Source: Paragordius varius
Taxonomy: Eukaryota; Animalia; Nematomorpha
Length of the DNA stretch: 64,000 nucleotides
Reading direction: 5' to 3'
Assembly (NCBI GenBank): GCA_964247055.1
Contig: OZ176053.1
Location: 9,486,001 to 9,550,000 of the forward strand
A program made the position numbers and the translations under genes. A model generated the notes under the pieces. The model did no database searches. It was given only the letters and a program-made list of their open reading frames with translations, and was not told where the DNA came from. Below, piece after piece: positions 36,740 to 51,000 of this stretch; positions within the stretch are counted from its first letter, which is position 1, and every line of letters starts with the position of its first letter.

Positions 36740-37850
36740 TCAAAATGGGGGGGGGGGGGGGGGGGGGGGTAAATCTATGTTAGGAAAATGTATCAGGATT
36801 ATTATAGTGGTTTTGGTTTTGGCCCTTACTAGTGTTATAGGAAAGTTATTTATATTTTTGTGGTAAGTGCTTCATATCAACCGACCACATTTTATGATAA
36901 GATTTTTTTGGTCAAAGCTAAATGTTTCATTCCAAAAAGTGTCACTAAAATTATCATAAGCAACCTATAAAAAGCAAAACAATATTTATAAAATATTTTA
37001 ATTTTTAGATCTGAAAAAATTCCCAAATTTTTCTCTTTTAAAATGGGCTAGTTCTTTTAAAATAAACGCAAAAATGCCGCGATTGCGCGATAAAATATAT
37101 GCTTTGACAGCAAAAAAATAATTATATAAAAATGCATACTTTTACAAAAATATTTTATAAAAATTTTGTTGAAGCGTACTTAATATGCTACTTTTCGGCA
37201 TGAATGAATATTATAAAAACACTTTTTCTATATTTTGATGATGCTGAACTTTTCTATCGCTTCAGAATTTCAAATATTAGTGATTGTTTATAAAAAACAA
37301 TTTTTGACATAAGTTTAAGGACTAATTAATAGTTTGATCAAAATACTTAGGTGATAGAAATGTTCAGCATTATCAAATTACACCGAAAAACTGTTTCTAT
37401 AATATCTAAAAGCGTTTTAATACCGTTTATCATGCCTGAAAATTGTGTGAAGTACGCTTCAACAAAATTTTGCTGAAAATTAAATTTTTGTAAAAAGTAT
37501 GCATTTTTTAAAAATATTTTTTTGATGTCAAAATTAGCATATATTTAAAAATTTTCTGGCGAAATCCGGGTATTTTGCGTTATTTTAGAAGAGCGAAAAA
37601 ATCTGGGACTTTCGGACTACATCTAAAAATCAAAATATTTTATAAATATTGTTTTGCTTTTTATAGGTGATTGATATATTTTAGTATATTTTTGGACTGA
37701 AGCATTTATTTTTTATTACAAAATCTATGTCAAATTTCGCCATTTTCTGATGCAGAGCCTTTACCACAAAAGTGTAAAAGACTTTCTTATATCACTCTTA
37801 GGGGCCAAACCCAAAATCACCATGATAATCCTGATATATATCAGAATATA
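36740..37850. mobile_element. Best copy of the about 1.1-kb foldback element (whole-length imperfect palindrome)
   Basis: 36787 TATCAGGATTATTATAGTGGTTTTGGTTTTGGCCC pairs with about 37800-37838 GGGCCAAACCCAAAATCACCATGATAATCCTGATA; inner pairs GTTGAAGCGTACTT / AAGTACGCTTCAAC and ATGATGCTGAAC / GTTCAGCATTAT; centre near 37300; G23 run at the left end. Confidence 0.78.
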
Positions 37851-38740
37851 TATATTTCAACAGGTTAATTTTTTTGTTTATGCTACCAAATGTGCCATAA
37901 AATGCGATTTTTCGATTTTGGGTTATTGAAGGAAAATGATAACTTTTTTTTCTAGTATTTCAACCGCATTTATTATTTATTTATTTATCCTGAAGTTTGC
38001 CGCACAGTGTACTTAATATATTTAAAATCATATCGTTATCCAGTTAAACAAGCTATAAGCCCTAATTAAAGTAACCGAAATATTATAAAAGAGATACAAA
38101 AACTTCCACTAATGTTCAATAACTATAATGTTTACTAGCATTCTATTTAAACACAAATTTTAATAACCTCACCGATAACACCAACAATAAAAAAATATTT
38201 CTCTCTTGAAACATTCGTCCTCTACCATATAATGAACCTTATTATCTTTTATCTCATCCTGGAAACTTTCTGCCTATATTTAATATTTTATAGTAGGTAG
38301 GGCACCGGACTCTAACTCTGCGTGCCAGTGTCTAACCCCGAAACTACGCATTTTTTCCATCATCATTGTCAGCCCTGGGCAGGCGAGTGTTAAAGCCTTC
38401 ACATGTCCGGATCTTAAGTCCTTATCCTTTAATAAGAAAAGGAAAAAAGAGACTCTAAACTGTATATTTTTTTATAGAGTAAAAATTACAAAGTTCATAA
38501 ATGGCGATTATTATTCAATGAATTTTATGTTGTAATATTTCTTGGTTCAAATCGGTGAAAACTTTATAGCCTTGTAGTATTTAAAATAAAAATAAAATTT
38601 AATCATTTGAAAAATTTTTCACGAAATATCTGTCAGTAGTAAACCATATTCCAAAATGTATCAAGTACACATTTATTAATATATACTATATTTCTAAAGC
38701 TAAATATATATGATCCAATTTTCAGTCTTATTTAAACATT

Positions 38741-39002
38741 TTAGGGTTGTTGATATCGCCCATAATAAATTATATGGCCAGTGCTTTGATGTACGACCAT
38801 ATGTATAAAAGGTTTGTTGAGTTTAATTCCTATTGATGATGTATAACTAATTTCGATTCCAGCCGTGGCACTGGCAGCTACAATGCCCTCTTCGTTTAAT
38901 GCGAAATTGGTTTTGTGAATGATTTTACTGAGTTTGACCGTTTTCCCAATCAAAATTTTGTTTAATGAGCTAAATAATAATAAAGATACAATATATTTAT
39001 GT

Positions 39003-39053
<51 letters not shown>

Positions 39054-40677
39054 TTTAAATATGCACGGGTCATATAATAAATTAGCTCATATATTTTCTT
39101 TAAATTTGTTAAATATAACAGTTCTTATTGATCCCGATGGGAAAATGGATTATTATTGGCATCTTGACCCTTTTTAAATAATCAACTTATATTAGGCTTC
39201 TTTAAATAACATAAAATATTTAATATTTACCTAAATATTATATAAAAGTTTGCGAAAATCATATTATAAACTCTTTAATTTGGCTTAAAGTAGGGCTTTA
39301 AAATATCCACAAACTATCTCTAATTTTATAAGATTATATCAAAGAAACCAGGTCCTTCTTTAAAAATTGGAGAAGTGCATGATTATCAGCATAAGATAAG
39401 CTAGCTATCCTTAAGCACTGATTATTTTCAAATAATTGTGGATGAAAGGGAAGAAGTTATAGGCCGGTTCATCTACTTATTATTTTCAATTTTTACTCAG
39501 TAATATATATTACTTTGACCAGAGAACAAGGTTTAATTTAACAATATAATTTAAATAAAATTTTTTGGATTTTCATTAATTAAACGGTACAATCTCGCTT
39601 AAATCAATTAAGTCTTAAAAAGAGAGCGTTGTAATATGGTGTACACCTATTTATCAACGTTTGGCGAATATTATTAAGAGCAAATAATTATAACCGTTTT
39701 TGACATGCCAAGTCTTTCGAAAGGGCTTCCATCACGTCAATGTCAGAAATTTGATTTAGCACAGGGACATGAATTGAAACGTTCGACGATTTTTTTATCT
39801 TTCGAAGTTCTTGTTTCAAAATATTGATGGACAAGCTTTTATCCACTCGGCTTAATGTTGTATTGGCATATGGCAACAAAACAATCCAACTAAAATCATC
39901 ATCAAAATCCATGCGAATCAATGTTGAGTTAATTTTGTTAGAATAGAAGAAATGGACATCACCATAGTATTGCATAAAATCAATGCTGACAGTTCTTTCA
40001 ATTCCATGAAACATATCCCCGTCAGTACTAAAGAGTAAATAAAAAATTAAAATAATTGATATAATTAGACTCATGATATAGATAAAATAAATAATTTACA
40101 ATTTAGGATCGAATGGGATTCTCCAACTGCTTTTAAGGTATAAAGAATTAACAATAAAAGCCTGATAGTTGCTATCTATAGAATCAAAAACGGACGAAAT
40201 TAAGCCTTTGGTCAGCCGAGAGACCCGGGAATCCACGAATTTTTTTACTACAGCAGTTGAATAATCAGGTGGAATTGATATGATGTTTCCTTTAAAAATT
40301 TTAATTAAAGCGTGTTGGAATTGTGGTGAAATATCTGTGTTTTTATTTTTGACATACACATCATTTACTAATATAAAGTCTGTGTGGTTCCGTTTTTCTG
40401 CATTTAATTTGTTTAAACTGGCAACAACGTTAGAATAATGCATTGGTAGAGCCAAACCGGGGATAGACGGAGAGCAATCACTTCCGTTTTGTATAATAGA
40501 CAATGCATTACTCAAAGATAAGGGTGAAAATACATAATTTATTTGGGATGAAACATGTTTACTATTAGCAATAGCCGAAGTAAGTAATAGATCATAATGA
40601 AAATTTTGAACGATATTTTGCCCATTTATGCCACCAACCAACACCAATGTGCAAAGAGTTAAGAAATAAGCTATCAT
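38741..40677 (-). CDS. Secreted serpin B, 379 aa, 3 exons; tandem paralog of serpin A
   Basis: complement(join(38741-38969,39695-40027,40100-40677)); same intron positions and phases as serpin A, exon 2 is 333 nt in both; hinge NEEG-IVAASAT. Confidence 0.93.
39006..39052. repeat. (TA)n microsatellite in serpin B intron 2, about 35 nt from the acceptor
   Basis: Uninterrupted TA run. Confidence 0.95.
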
Positions 40678-40742
40678 TCTATCAAGTTGAAATTAAAGAT
40701 ATTAGTTATAAAAGTAATATATTGCTTTTTATAGAAAAACGC

Positions 40743-40824
40743 ATAACCAAAACCGGGTTACTGCGCAATCAAATATAGTATTTACTTAGCTTTTGAACAT
40801 TTGCGTATCTATATCATGCCAAAA
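40743..40824 (-). promoter_or_regulatory. Conserved upstream blocks of serpin B (candidate promoter)
   Basis: Identical to 34075-34102 and 34119-34153. Confidence 0.6.
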
Positions 40825-41770
40825 TCAATAAAAGAGATGTTATCAGCAAAGGATATTCATTATAGTATTTGGCAGGTTACCTTGGATTTTATTAATTAAT
40901 ATTATAATAACGTAATTTGCGATATAACTTAACAAACATTAACCTATACCCTATATTTCGATGTTATAATCAAACCACATTTGTAAAATTGCGTCGAGGC
41001 CAAATCATTGAGCTAATATTTATCTAGTTTTTTAAATTTTTGATCATATTAAATTTATGGTAATTAAATTGCATTATATTAACATATTTTTATTCTAATT
41101 AATTGGGCTTATCACCAAACTCTTTTTTATTTTTTCACAAATTTAGGGTTTTACATAGCAACGTATGCTCAGATAAATAATTTCCAATTAAAGGGTTATT
41201 TGGTATATTTTGTCCTTATATTCTTAGACAAAGTATCGTAATTTTTCAAGACAGAACACGCTTTTTCGAGATAATAGGCAAATCAGTTTTTAAACGCTAT
41301 ATTAAATTTGATGTGTAATAATTCTACCCAGAATGTATATTCGTTGACATCGATTATTTCGTTATAGTGAATCATAGTTATGGGGAGATCTGAAGTATAA
41401 AATTTTAGTTTTGTTAAAATAAAATGATAAATCACATTTTTTGCAGACATCTAAGAAAATGTTTGTAAATTGGCTATTAGTACCGTATCAACGGCATAAT
41501 GAAAAGTGGTTTGTTAAGACTTCGGTTCTTATGCTTTTTTACATTATTTTTTTGATGGAATGAACATAAGTTCAATACTCTTCGGAAACCATCATTAGAT
41601 GGCGGTTATTAACTATTGCTTCGTATTGTTTTTCACTAAAATTGACTTTTTCCTTTTAACATATTTTCAATATTTAGATTTTCAAATTATTGAATTTTGC
41701 ATAAAATAAAAATATTACTAATATTTCAATATTATAATTTTAAGCATTTATATTTTGACAATATACCTAA

Positions 41771-42480
41771 ACACTGCGCACAAAATCGGGGGTGTAAAAA
41801 ATATCCTGATGAAATGTATATAATCTGATTGAAAAATGATCAGGATTATCATGATCCTTGTATTAGCCCTTACGAGTAATTTAAAAAAGTTATTTACACT
41901 TTTGTGGTGGCCCCATTTGAAAAGCAAACTTTACGCGCTGGTGAAAGCTAAATACTTTATTCCAAATATTATTAAGATATATCAAAAACTAGATATAAAA
42001 AGCAAAATGTAATAAATTTTAATTGTTGTAGGTTTCAAAAGTGTTTAATTTTTCGCCCTTCTAAAATGAGTTATTCAATAAATAAACGCAAAATACCGAG
42101 ATTGCCGAAATTAAATTGCAAAATTTTGACATAAAAAAAGGTTTCCCCCTAAAGGATATTTTGCTTAAAAATTTAATTTATAGCAAATTGTTGAAGCGCA
42201 TACTATTTTAAGGCATGATAGAAGCGGTATATAAACGCTTCAAGATATTATTAAAACACCTTATAATTCAATGATGCTCAAAATTTTTATCAGCATTTAA
42301 TTTAAAAGTTCGTTAGCTTTTAAGTTTTAACAGAAATTTTAGGACGAATAAATATTTTAATTACTGAGGTGATAGAAATGTTCAGCCTCATCGAATTATT
42401 TAGAAAAAGCGTTTTAATATTTTTATTCATTTTTATACCGTTCATTTATTCTGATATTCAAATATTTAAAATAAACTTAT
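41771..42480. mobile_element. Truncated foldback element copy (left arm, centre and start of right arm)
   Basis: CACTGCGCACAAAATCGGGGG end, atcaggattatcatg, gttgaagcgcatac, tgaggtgatagaaatgttcagc. Confidence 0.6.
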
Positions 42481-43267
42481 TAGAATAATATATAAGGAGC
42501 TTAAGTATGCAATATTACTTGACAGCCATTTGAAACCGCGGTTTTTGCGGTTTCAAAACTGTTTTTATGCTCTTGGTTCGAAACCTGCCCAAAAACCTAA
42601 TATGTCCTGTTTCAGAAACGCGTTTGCGGTTCCAATCCCTGAATGCCATAAAATAAAATTTTGCTACCTCCAGGACAGTGTAAAAAAATAAAATTTAAAA
42701 CACAATATAATTTGTAAGGTATACATTTAAATTTTAAGGTTACTTGGAGAGAAATCGATTGTCTAAATATTTTTAACAGAAAAAAATATAAAACTTTCAA
42801 AAATATATATAAAATTAGATTTATTATAAAAAACAAATTTAGTTTAATGTGTCAGTAAACAATTAATGTCGTATAAATATTGTGCAATAATTTTTCCAAA
42901 TTAAATATAACATTATATTTATTGCTACAAAACAATAACTAACTGCCAATGCGTGGAATGAGTGTTAGTATTGGAAAATTAAAGTTTGAGATAATCATAA
43001 TAAAATGAATGCCCTAATAAGTAATAATTTATTATTGGCTACGAAAAAATCTTAAAGTGTGAAAATGTGCAAACATATCATATATTTTTATATATACTAT
43101 ATAAGGTTAATCATTGAAAAAATAATTTTTATAATACATACATACATAAATCTCTTTATCATTAAGATGTTGATGACTATAAAAAAATTGATATAAATAT
43201 TCATATAGAGACGTGCATACGCAACATATCTCATTAAACGCCTTACACTGAGTCGCAGCAAATAAGC

Positions 43268-44963
43268 TCATAATTTTTCCACAAACTCTGATGGATAAAG
43301 TCCATGAGCACCTGTTTTGAGATGTTTCCCGTAACACCAACCCTGTTCATCTCGCCCCCGAAGTTGAATCAAAACATCCCCAACGCCAAAACCGATTTCA
43401 TCGTCTTCCTGAGCCTCGTATTCATATATGGCTCGAACCGGTATGTGTGTTGGAGATTGGGGAGAAATAATTTTATTCATTGTGGTAGCAGTATTATTGC
43501 TGGATAAAATAGTTTTTTCGCTACTATCTTCTAAAGAGGAATTTTTCTTAACCGAGGTGCTGGAAGTTTTAGGATCTAAAGGTGACGATCCATTGCTTTT
43601 AGGGATTTTCAAATCATCTGTTCTATCGTTTATTGATGGTGAGTTGAGAGGCATTTTATTGTTAGCGGATTGGGTTAAATCTATAAACATATTTTAATAA
43701 GTTTTTATAGTTAGAAATAAAATATAGCGTTAATTTAAAGATAGTATACTTTTATCAGATTTTATACTATGATTGCTACTACTTGATGGCACATGATTAT
43801 TATTTTTTTCATCATTAATTATATTATCAGGTTGTTCATTCAATTGTTCATAACTGTCAATGACGTCGGAATTTACAATCTCTTCCTTTTGGTTTTTGAA
43901 ATCCTGATTATTTGTATCAATCCGATTCTGATGATTAGAATCAGAGTAAGATGATGACGAAGATATAATGCTAACTGGAGTCTGACGTTCATGTAAACTT
44001 GACGGTGATTGTATGGATTCATATGTTGGGTTCAAAGATTTGGGTCTATTTGAGGTTGAACTAATATCAATATTTTTTTGAGAATATAATTAATAATATA
44101 AAAAAAAGATAAATCACACAAAATATTTACATATTATATTATACATTTTTTCGCGGGACTGGTAATTATTTGTTGTGGGCATGGAGTGATCATAATTTTC
44201 ATCCATTGCGGAATGGCGTAGTTGAGAATATGTATTTTCTGATATTTTACCATTTCGTCCAGTAACCTTATTAATTATTTCATCTTCAATAGCGGTGTCG
44301 TCATTCCTTAATTTTATGTCATTGGGTTTGGAAGCAATAACTCGGTTAACTACGTTTCTAAGCACAGGTTTGTCTGAAACATTAGACGGTTTGTCAGTTT
44401 GGCGAGATCCCCTTGCCAATAAATCTGTTTTATAACTGTTTTGACGGGTGGAATTTGCTGAGGCCTGAGTACTTTCATAACTATGAATAGAATCAAATTA
44501 GTTTTAGATTAATACCTAATTTACATTGCAAAATTGAAACAGTTAAGATTAAATTTGAATTATATTAATATCAACCTAGATGGAGAATAGGAATTGAGTT
44601 GGGGGGAAGGAGTGTTGTTATTAGTGTCATCAATCATTATATCCTTGTGAACTATACTTTTGAGGGTTACAACTCCATCCATATCTCCAGATTTTGATCC
44701 CTTTTTACCCGTGATATTATGTAGTTCCGGTACATATTCCTAAATAAAAAAATATTTTAGGACAGATTTTTTAAATGATAATTTTGTTTTGGGAACCATC
44801 TTGGCACGTTTTTAATATAGCTTTTGTAGATTTATTTAAAAAAATATCTATTTTGCGGCTCATATATAAAAAAATATTGTTTTTGTTATTGCAACAAATT
44901 TCGATCGTTTCCTATTTCAATATGTTTTCTTTGACACTTATCGAGCCCTTATTATATGCTGAA

Positions 44964-45029
<66 letters not shown>

Positions 45030-48000
45030 CTTCAAAATGCTCTTTTGTTTCCACATATAATATATACCAGTATATACACAAAACAAAATGTTTTAACTCA
45101 AAATCGCGCTAAAATACATTAACAAACATTAAGCTCCATGATTTAAATAAATCTTCTACAAAAGCTTTGTTAGTATTCTGCAAGGGCTAAAATAAAAAAA
45201 TTAGGACTAATATAAAAAACATTTTGATATTTGATTTACACAGTGGTGATTTCTTTTGAAAAAATTATAATACAAGTTTCCTAAACAATGTCACAATACA
45301 AAAATGACACAATAGAAAAGTTTATACTGAACAGCTGATCAGATATTTCGGATGCAGACACCGACAAGAGTACGATCTCCTTCTACCATTAAAAATATAC
45401 CCTGCCGATAACAACCGAGCAGAACGACCTAGAACGACAACATAAACAAGTCCTAAAAACATTAAGCTTGTACGAAATATGAATGGAGTAATCTATAAAC
45501 ATCTTCAATCATAAAGATATAAAAACGTATAACAAATTTTAAATAAGTATTTTTAGAAAAGATTTTAAAGGGAAAGTGTTAAGATACAGTGATATGTATG
45601 ATAAACATATGGAACAAATTTATGTGGTAAACATTGGATTTTATTGAACAGGTTTGTATAGGTTTTAAAACATAATGACGATACCATCTTATCTATATAA
45701 TGAAAGGATTATATACCATATCCAACAACCATGTTTGGTTAATGTAATATTGAATTACTTTTAAGCGACATAGCAAGCATCATCATTAAGTTAAATAATA
45801 ATCAAATAAGCACCTTAAACTCATTTTATGTAATATCTGTTCTCGTATTTTTCATTTGACCTCCATTAATATAGTCTCAAATATGTTAAAAAGGAAATGA
45901 ATTCATAAATATTAATTATACCTCAAATATGGGCCAATTCATGAATGTGCCAACGCCATAAGAATTACTAAAAGAACTTAAATCGCGAGGAATATCGATA
46001 GAATCTACTTTGTGCCGATTGGCATCATAAATATCTGGAATGCTAAAAAAATATTTAAAAATGAAAAAATTAATATAAACTTTTTTTTATATGTTGGCCA
46101 AAAATACAAGTAAAATTAATAACCGATTGATATAATCAGATATAAAGTTAGTTATACATCTAATCAATATTTATATTATGAAGTTAATGGATTATTATCA
46201 CGTTGGTAACCCATTATAATTGATTTATGTACATTTAAAAAATAGTCAAAATATTATAAAACTATATCAAAAAGACAAATTTTTATTCAATTTAAATAAT
46301 ATTAAACTGCTAAATTTGTGTGCGTCTTATTAATAAAACTAAATTACCTTTAAGCTTTTAAAAAGTGTGTGACGGATAAAAAAACACTTACTTATCATAC
46401 TGTGTGGGGTCCAAATTTTTTTGTAAATCATATAGAATGTTTTTAAGGAATGACATACGCGATTCTTCCATATTTTGACATTTCTCAAAGATCTGTCAAT
46501 ATAATTACAAAGTATATACAAACAATTATCGGGTATACCTAATATTGTCAAAGGCATAATTATATAAAATAAACAATATAGTTTTTAATAAGTAACACTT
46601 ACATCTTTCATGTCTTCCATATACTTTGCATTAGAACCATTTAATTCCTTTAATGATTGTAAGTACTTTTCCTTTGCCTTATTAACAGCTTCCTTGCATT
46701 TCTCAACCTTTTCACGCATTTTCTTTTGCTGTTTTTACAATCATAAAAATATAAGTATTAAAAACTTTTAGAGATTATATTAAGTCAATAACCACAAAGT
46801 GTTTTAATAATGACTTAACAAAAATATTATAGCACTACGATTCTCGGTTAAATAATGTGAATTAATATTTGGATTACAAATCTATACATGTCAACTACCA
46901 TTAAAACACTAGTATTCATAATGAATGCAAAACAGATTGGATAATTACAGTCTTTAAATCTCGCAATAGTATTAATTCATAGTTTAAAATAATCTTAATT
47001 CATTTTCTGCGCTAAAAACTAAACATGACATTTATTGTGTATAATATACTTCATCGGGAGATTGGGCCATATCATATCGTGAATTGTTTTCTTGTACTAT
47101 AGCAGTTTTTTCCATTTTGCAGGCTGTGTGATACATCTTTTTGTTCTCCATCACCTTCTTGTACAATTTTGCCCATGGTTTTTGTATCTATAGGAGAAAA
47201 TATTAATGTTTCAGTTGTGCATCTATCGTTATTTATTACACTAGACAACAAATTTTAACTTTTTTTAACTGCCATTCTTGTAAATTTAAAATTTATTTCA
47301 TTAAAGTACATAATTAGTATATCTGAAAAGAAAATTGGTCTTACATGGAAGAATTTTTTTATATTAGAGTTTATCGATGATTTTTGGCCCCGATTTAACA
47401 TTAAACTCGAAATTTCGAAAATTTAAAGTTTTAGTTATGAAGCCATGTATTTTATATCATTCGAAAGAGCGCAAAAAACTGCATCTTTTAAATGGTAGTA
47501 AGACATTTAAATCAATCGGATGTAAAAGTTATTTGGATTTAAATGGTCGAAATTTTCAATTCTTAAATAAGTCAAGAATTTTCACACACAAACTAATTTG
47601 AAAATCATATAAATTATTTTAATATAATTATTAGGGTTATATTAGTATTTAATTTAAAAAAATGTTTGAAAAAGCTTTTGGTTTGCTTTTTTAATAAAAA
47701 TTATTATTATCATAAATATTTTAACCTAGTGGATACTAAAATGAATAATTATAACTGTAAATTTATTACATAATGGCTATAAAAGATCAAAAATACCTTA
47801 AACTTTATTTTTATCTTAAAATTTTCGAAATTATCAGCCTTGTAAAGAAAATAAATTAATATTGAGGAGATGGTAATTTTTAAAAAACAAAAAACTTAAA
47901 AATGGCTGTTTTGAGTGACAAAAAAGCAATAAAAAATGTTTTAATCAAAAAAAACTTTCTTCTGTTATCTTTTTTGGACATTCATCTCCATCTAAACAAA

Positions 48001-51000
48001 GTTTTAGCTATTTTCATCCATTAGTTTTAAAAATATAATAATTAAAAAAAATTCTCTCGCTTCGCGCGTTTGTCGCTCTTTGTGTCTAATATTAACTGTC
48101 GATGTAATACATATTAGTATACATTTTATAGAGTTTTTAATACTCTTTCGAATGATATATTACAAAAGGGCATTACTTGTATATTTTCAAAGAAAAACAT
48201 TTTTTAGTAAAATTTTGATGAAGAGGGCGCATAATCAAAAAAATCAAATTATACAAAATTCTTCCAACGAGTTATAATTTTTATTTCAGATTTACTGTTA
48301 AAATGATATTAAATATCAAAAAATGCAAAAAACTCGAGTGGCAGAAAAATTTGTTGTCTAGTGTTATGATTCCATTTTCAAACATGTAAGAATTAACGCC
48401 TAATAGGGTTGTAGTAACAAACATTTCCATTTTATACACTATTAATACATTTGTAGCCAAGTCCTTGATACAAATTTTTAAATATTAAATATCTAGATAA
48501 TGCATTTGAAAAAGTCAAAATTAGTTTCCATATAAAATTTGTTAAGATTAAAGATAAAAGCAAGCAACCAACCTTTTTAAACATTTCCTCGATATCCTTA
48601 GCCTCCTTAACCTGGTTGAGTGACATGACAGTTTTGTGGAAGTTATCTTTTTGCCAGTCCTTAATTTGCCTCACAATTTCTGAATTAACTTGACTCCGTA
48701 TGGCAAGATGAATTTTAGCTATTCGTTCTGCTTCATCTAAGCAAGATTTCCAAGCATTTAACATTGTTCCATATTCAGCTCCTATATTTACGGAAAAAAA
48801 TATAATTAATAAATTTTTTGTCATTTATTTCATATTTATACACATTTTTTTATAATAATAGCGATTAAGTTAATTAACCATTTTAGTTTTACAAAATTTA
48901 ACGCTTTTGACCTAATATAATAAATGTGTAAAATCAATAATATAAATATAAGAGGGTAAAACGATTTTATTGATTTTTGCGCATAATACTATATATAAAT
49001 CATGTCCTACATTATAAATTTTTAAAAAATTTTATTCATAAAAATTATATATGAAACAAATTACTCCACTTTGCCTATCGGAATGTATATTAAAGTTTTA
49101 TTAAAAAATTTATATATTAACCTTGAAAGCACATTTTTTGGCATTCATACACATACAACCTAATAAATTATTTATGTTTCATAATTGGAAAAGTATTAAA
49201 TTCAAAGATACCGAAATTTGCTTTATAAAATTATTACAAAGTTGAGAATGGCCTAAAAAAAATACTAGATTTTGGAAATCAACTTTATATATACCTTTAT
49301 ACCTAATAATTCCAAATTAATTTTTTTATGGAAATTTAAATAAATTAAATTAAAAAATTATCGGTCTCGCCCAATTTTTAAAAATTCATAATTATCTTAA
49401 AAAATAAGTTATTGATTAAAATATGGATAATGATACATACTCGACCTAAATTTTTTAACCAACCATTACAAAAACCTAGGGAAAATGCAAATTAAACGAT
49501 GAAAACACTAACATAAACGATCAAATAGGAAATCAATTTCTTATCATATACTATACCAGGGGTGTCTAACACAAATGGTTTCGCAGGCCGCATTTTTGAC
49601 TCGAAAAACCTGGCGGGCCGCATTCGAAACATACATGAGTATGTACAAGGACTTTATTAGATCTTAAACAAAAAACTGGAAAATGCGAACACAAATCATA
49701 TTTTTTGTACTTGCCAATTGGATAAACTTATTTAAAAAATTTGTTTATGAAATATCAATTTTATGAAGATTATGTTAGTAGATATTTTAATTTATGCATT
49801 TCTAAATTTTTCCCGGGCCGCATATAAAATATCGGAGGATCGCATGTTGGCCACCCCTGTACTACACCACATATAGAATGCATAAAAAATTCTAAAGTGT
49901 CAAAAAAAACCTTCATCCAATTTCATGGTCCATTTCGAGGTCCACGTCTTTAAAGCTTTAGCATAATTTTCTTCAATAACTCCTCGTTCATGCAACATTG
50001 TTGTGTAATCATGTGCCAATTTATACCCATCTTCAATCCGCTTCACAGTTTTTTTGTATTGGCCAATATCCCAAAAACTTTGATTTCCACCTCCTATGCC
50101 TAGATATTCGGAGCTTTGTCTCACATCAATCGGACTAAATAAAATATATATAAAAATAAAATAGGAGAATTTTTAAAAATTTAAAGAAAAATAATTATCA
50201 TAAAAAAATAATAAATTATGTTTTCAAACTGCAACGTGCAGTTAAAAATTTATTTGTAGATTGCGCTAATGTAAGATCGAACCTTGAATACTAAAAAACT
50301 TTAGCGCATATTTTATTTAAAAATCATATATTTTTTAGTTTTGGTTAACTAATGACGATTGTATCTTTAGCTACACTAATATTGTTCGTTATGTTGAATA
50401 AAATTTTTATCTTATTTAACTCTTTATACCTTATACACTGTCCATGTCCAACAACACTCCCATTCGATGTTTTACCATTACTGTATGACGATATATTCGG
50501 ACCGTTATTGTTGGAAATGCTGCGTTTTTCTTTACCAATCATAGATTTTGATGATGTGCTATAAATATTATGACTGTTTTTTAATGGAGTAGCGTCATGG
50601 TGTTGAGCAGACGACATGTAATTGTTATCATCGATATCATCTCTGTCCCCATGTAAGCCAATGTTACTCCCATACCGAGTGTAAGAATTTTGATTATTAT
50701 TATTATTATGGTAAATTGAATTGCTTTCATCAATATTATCGTCATAATCATAGGATTGATGTTTAGTCCCAGCAACTAGGATACCAGAAATTATAATAAA
50801 ATAAAAAATTGGTTCAAAATGAATAATTAATTAGTTAAACTACTAAGCCTTTATACGAAGGCCCTTGTATACGAATGACATATCAACTTTAAAAAAGTTA
50901 AACTAACTAAGAAATTGGAAAAGCCCAAAAAACTAATTATAAGGGTTTCTTTATTGTAAAAAGTTTAATTGTCGTAACTTTCCGATTACTGATAGTAAAA

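Noticed and set aside
43304-43697. Plus-strand ORFs overlapping the last PACSIN exon (also 50352-50564, 57713-57907, 58200-58400)
   Set aside because: Antisense shadows of real exons with no independent homology.
44775-45122. 115-aa plus-strand ORF with IYIYIY run (also the N-terminal part of ORF 38741-39073)
   Set aside because: Translation of (TA)n microsatellites inside introns.
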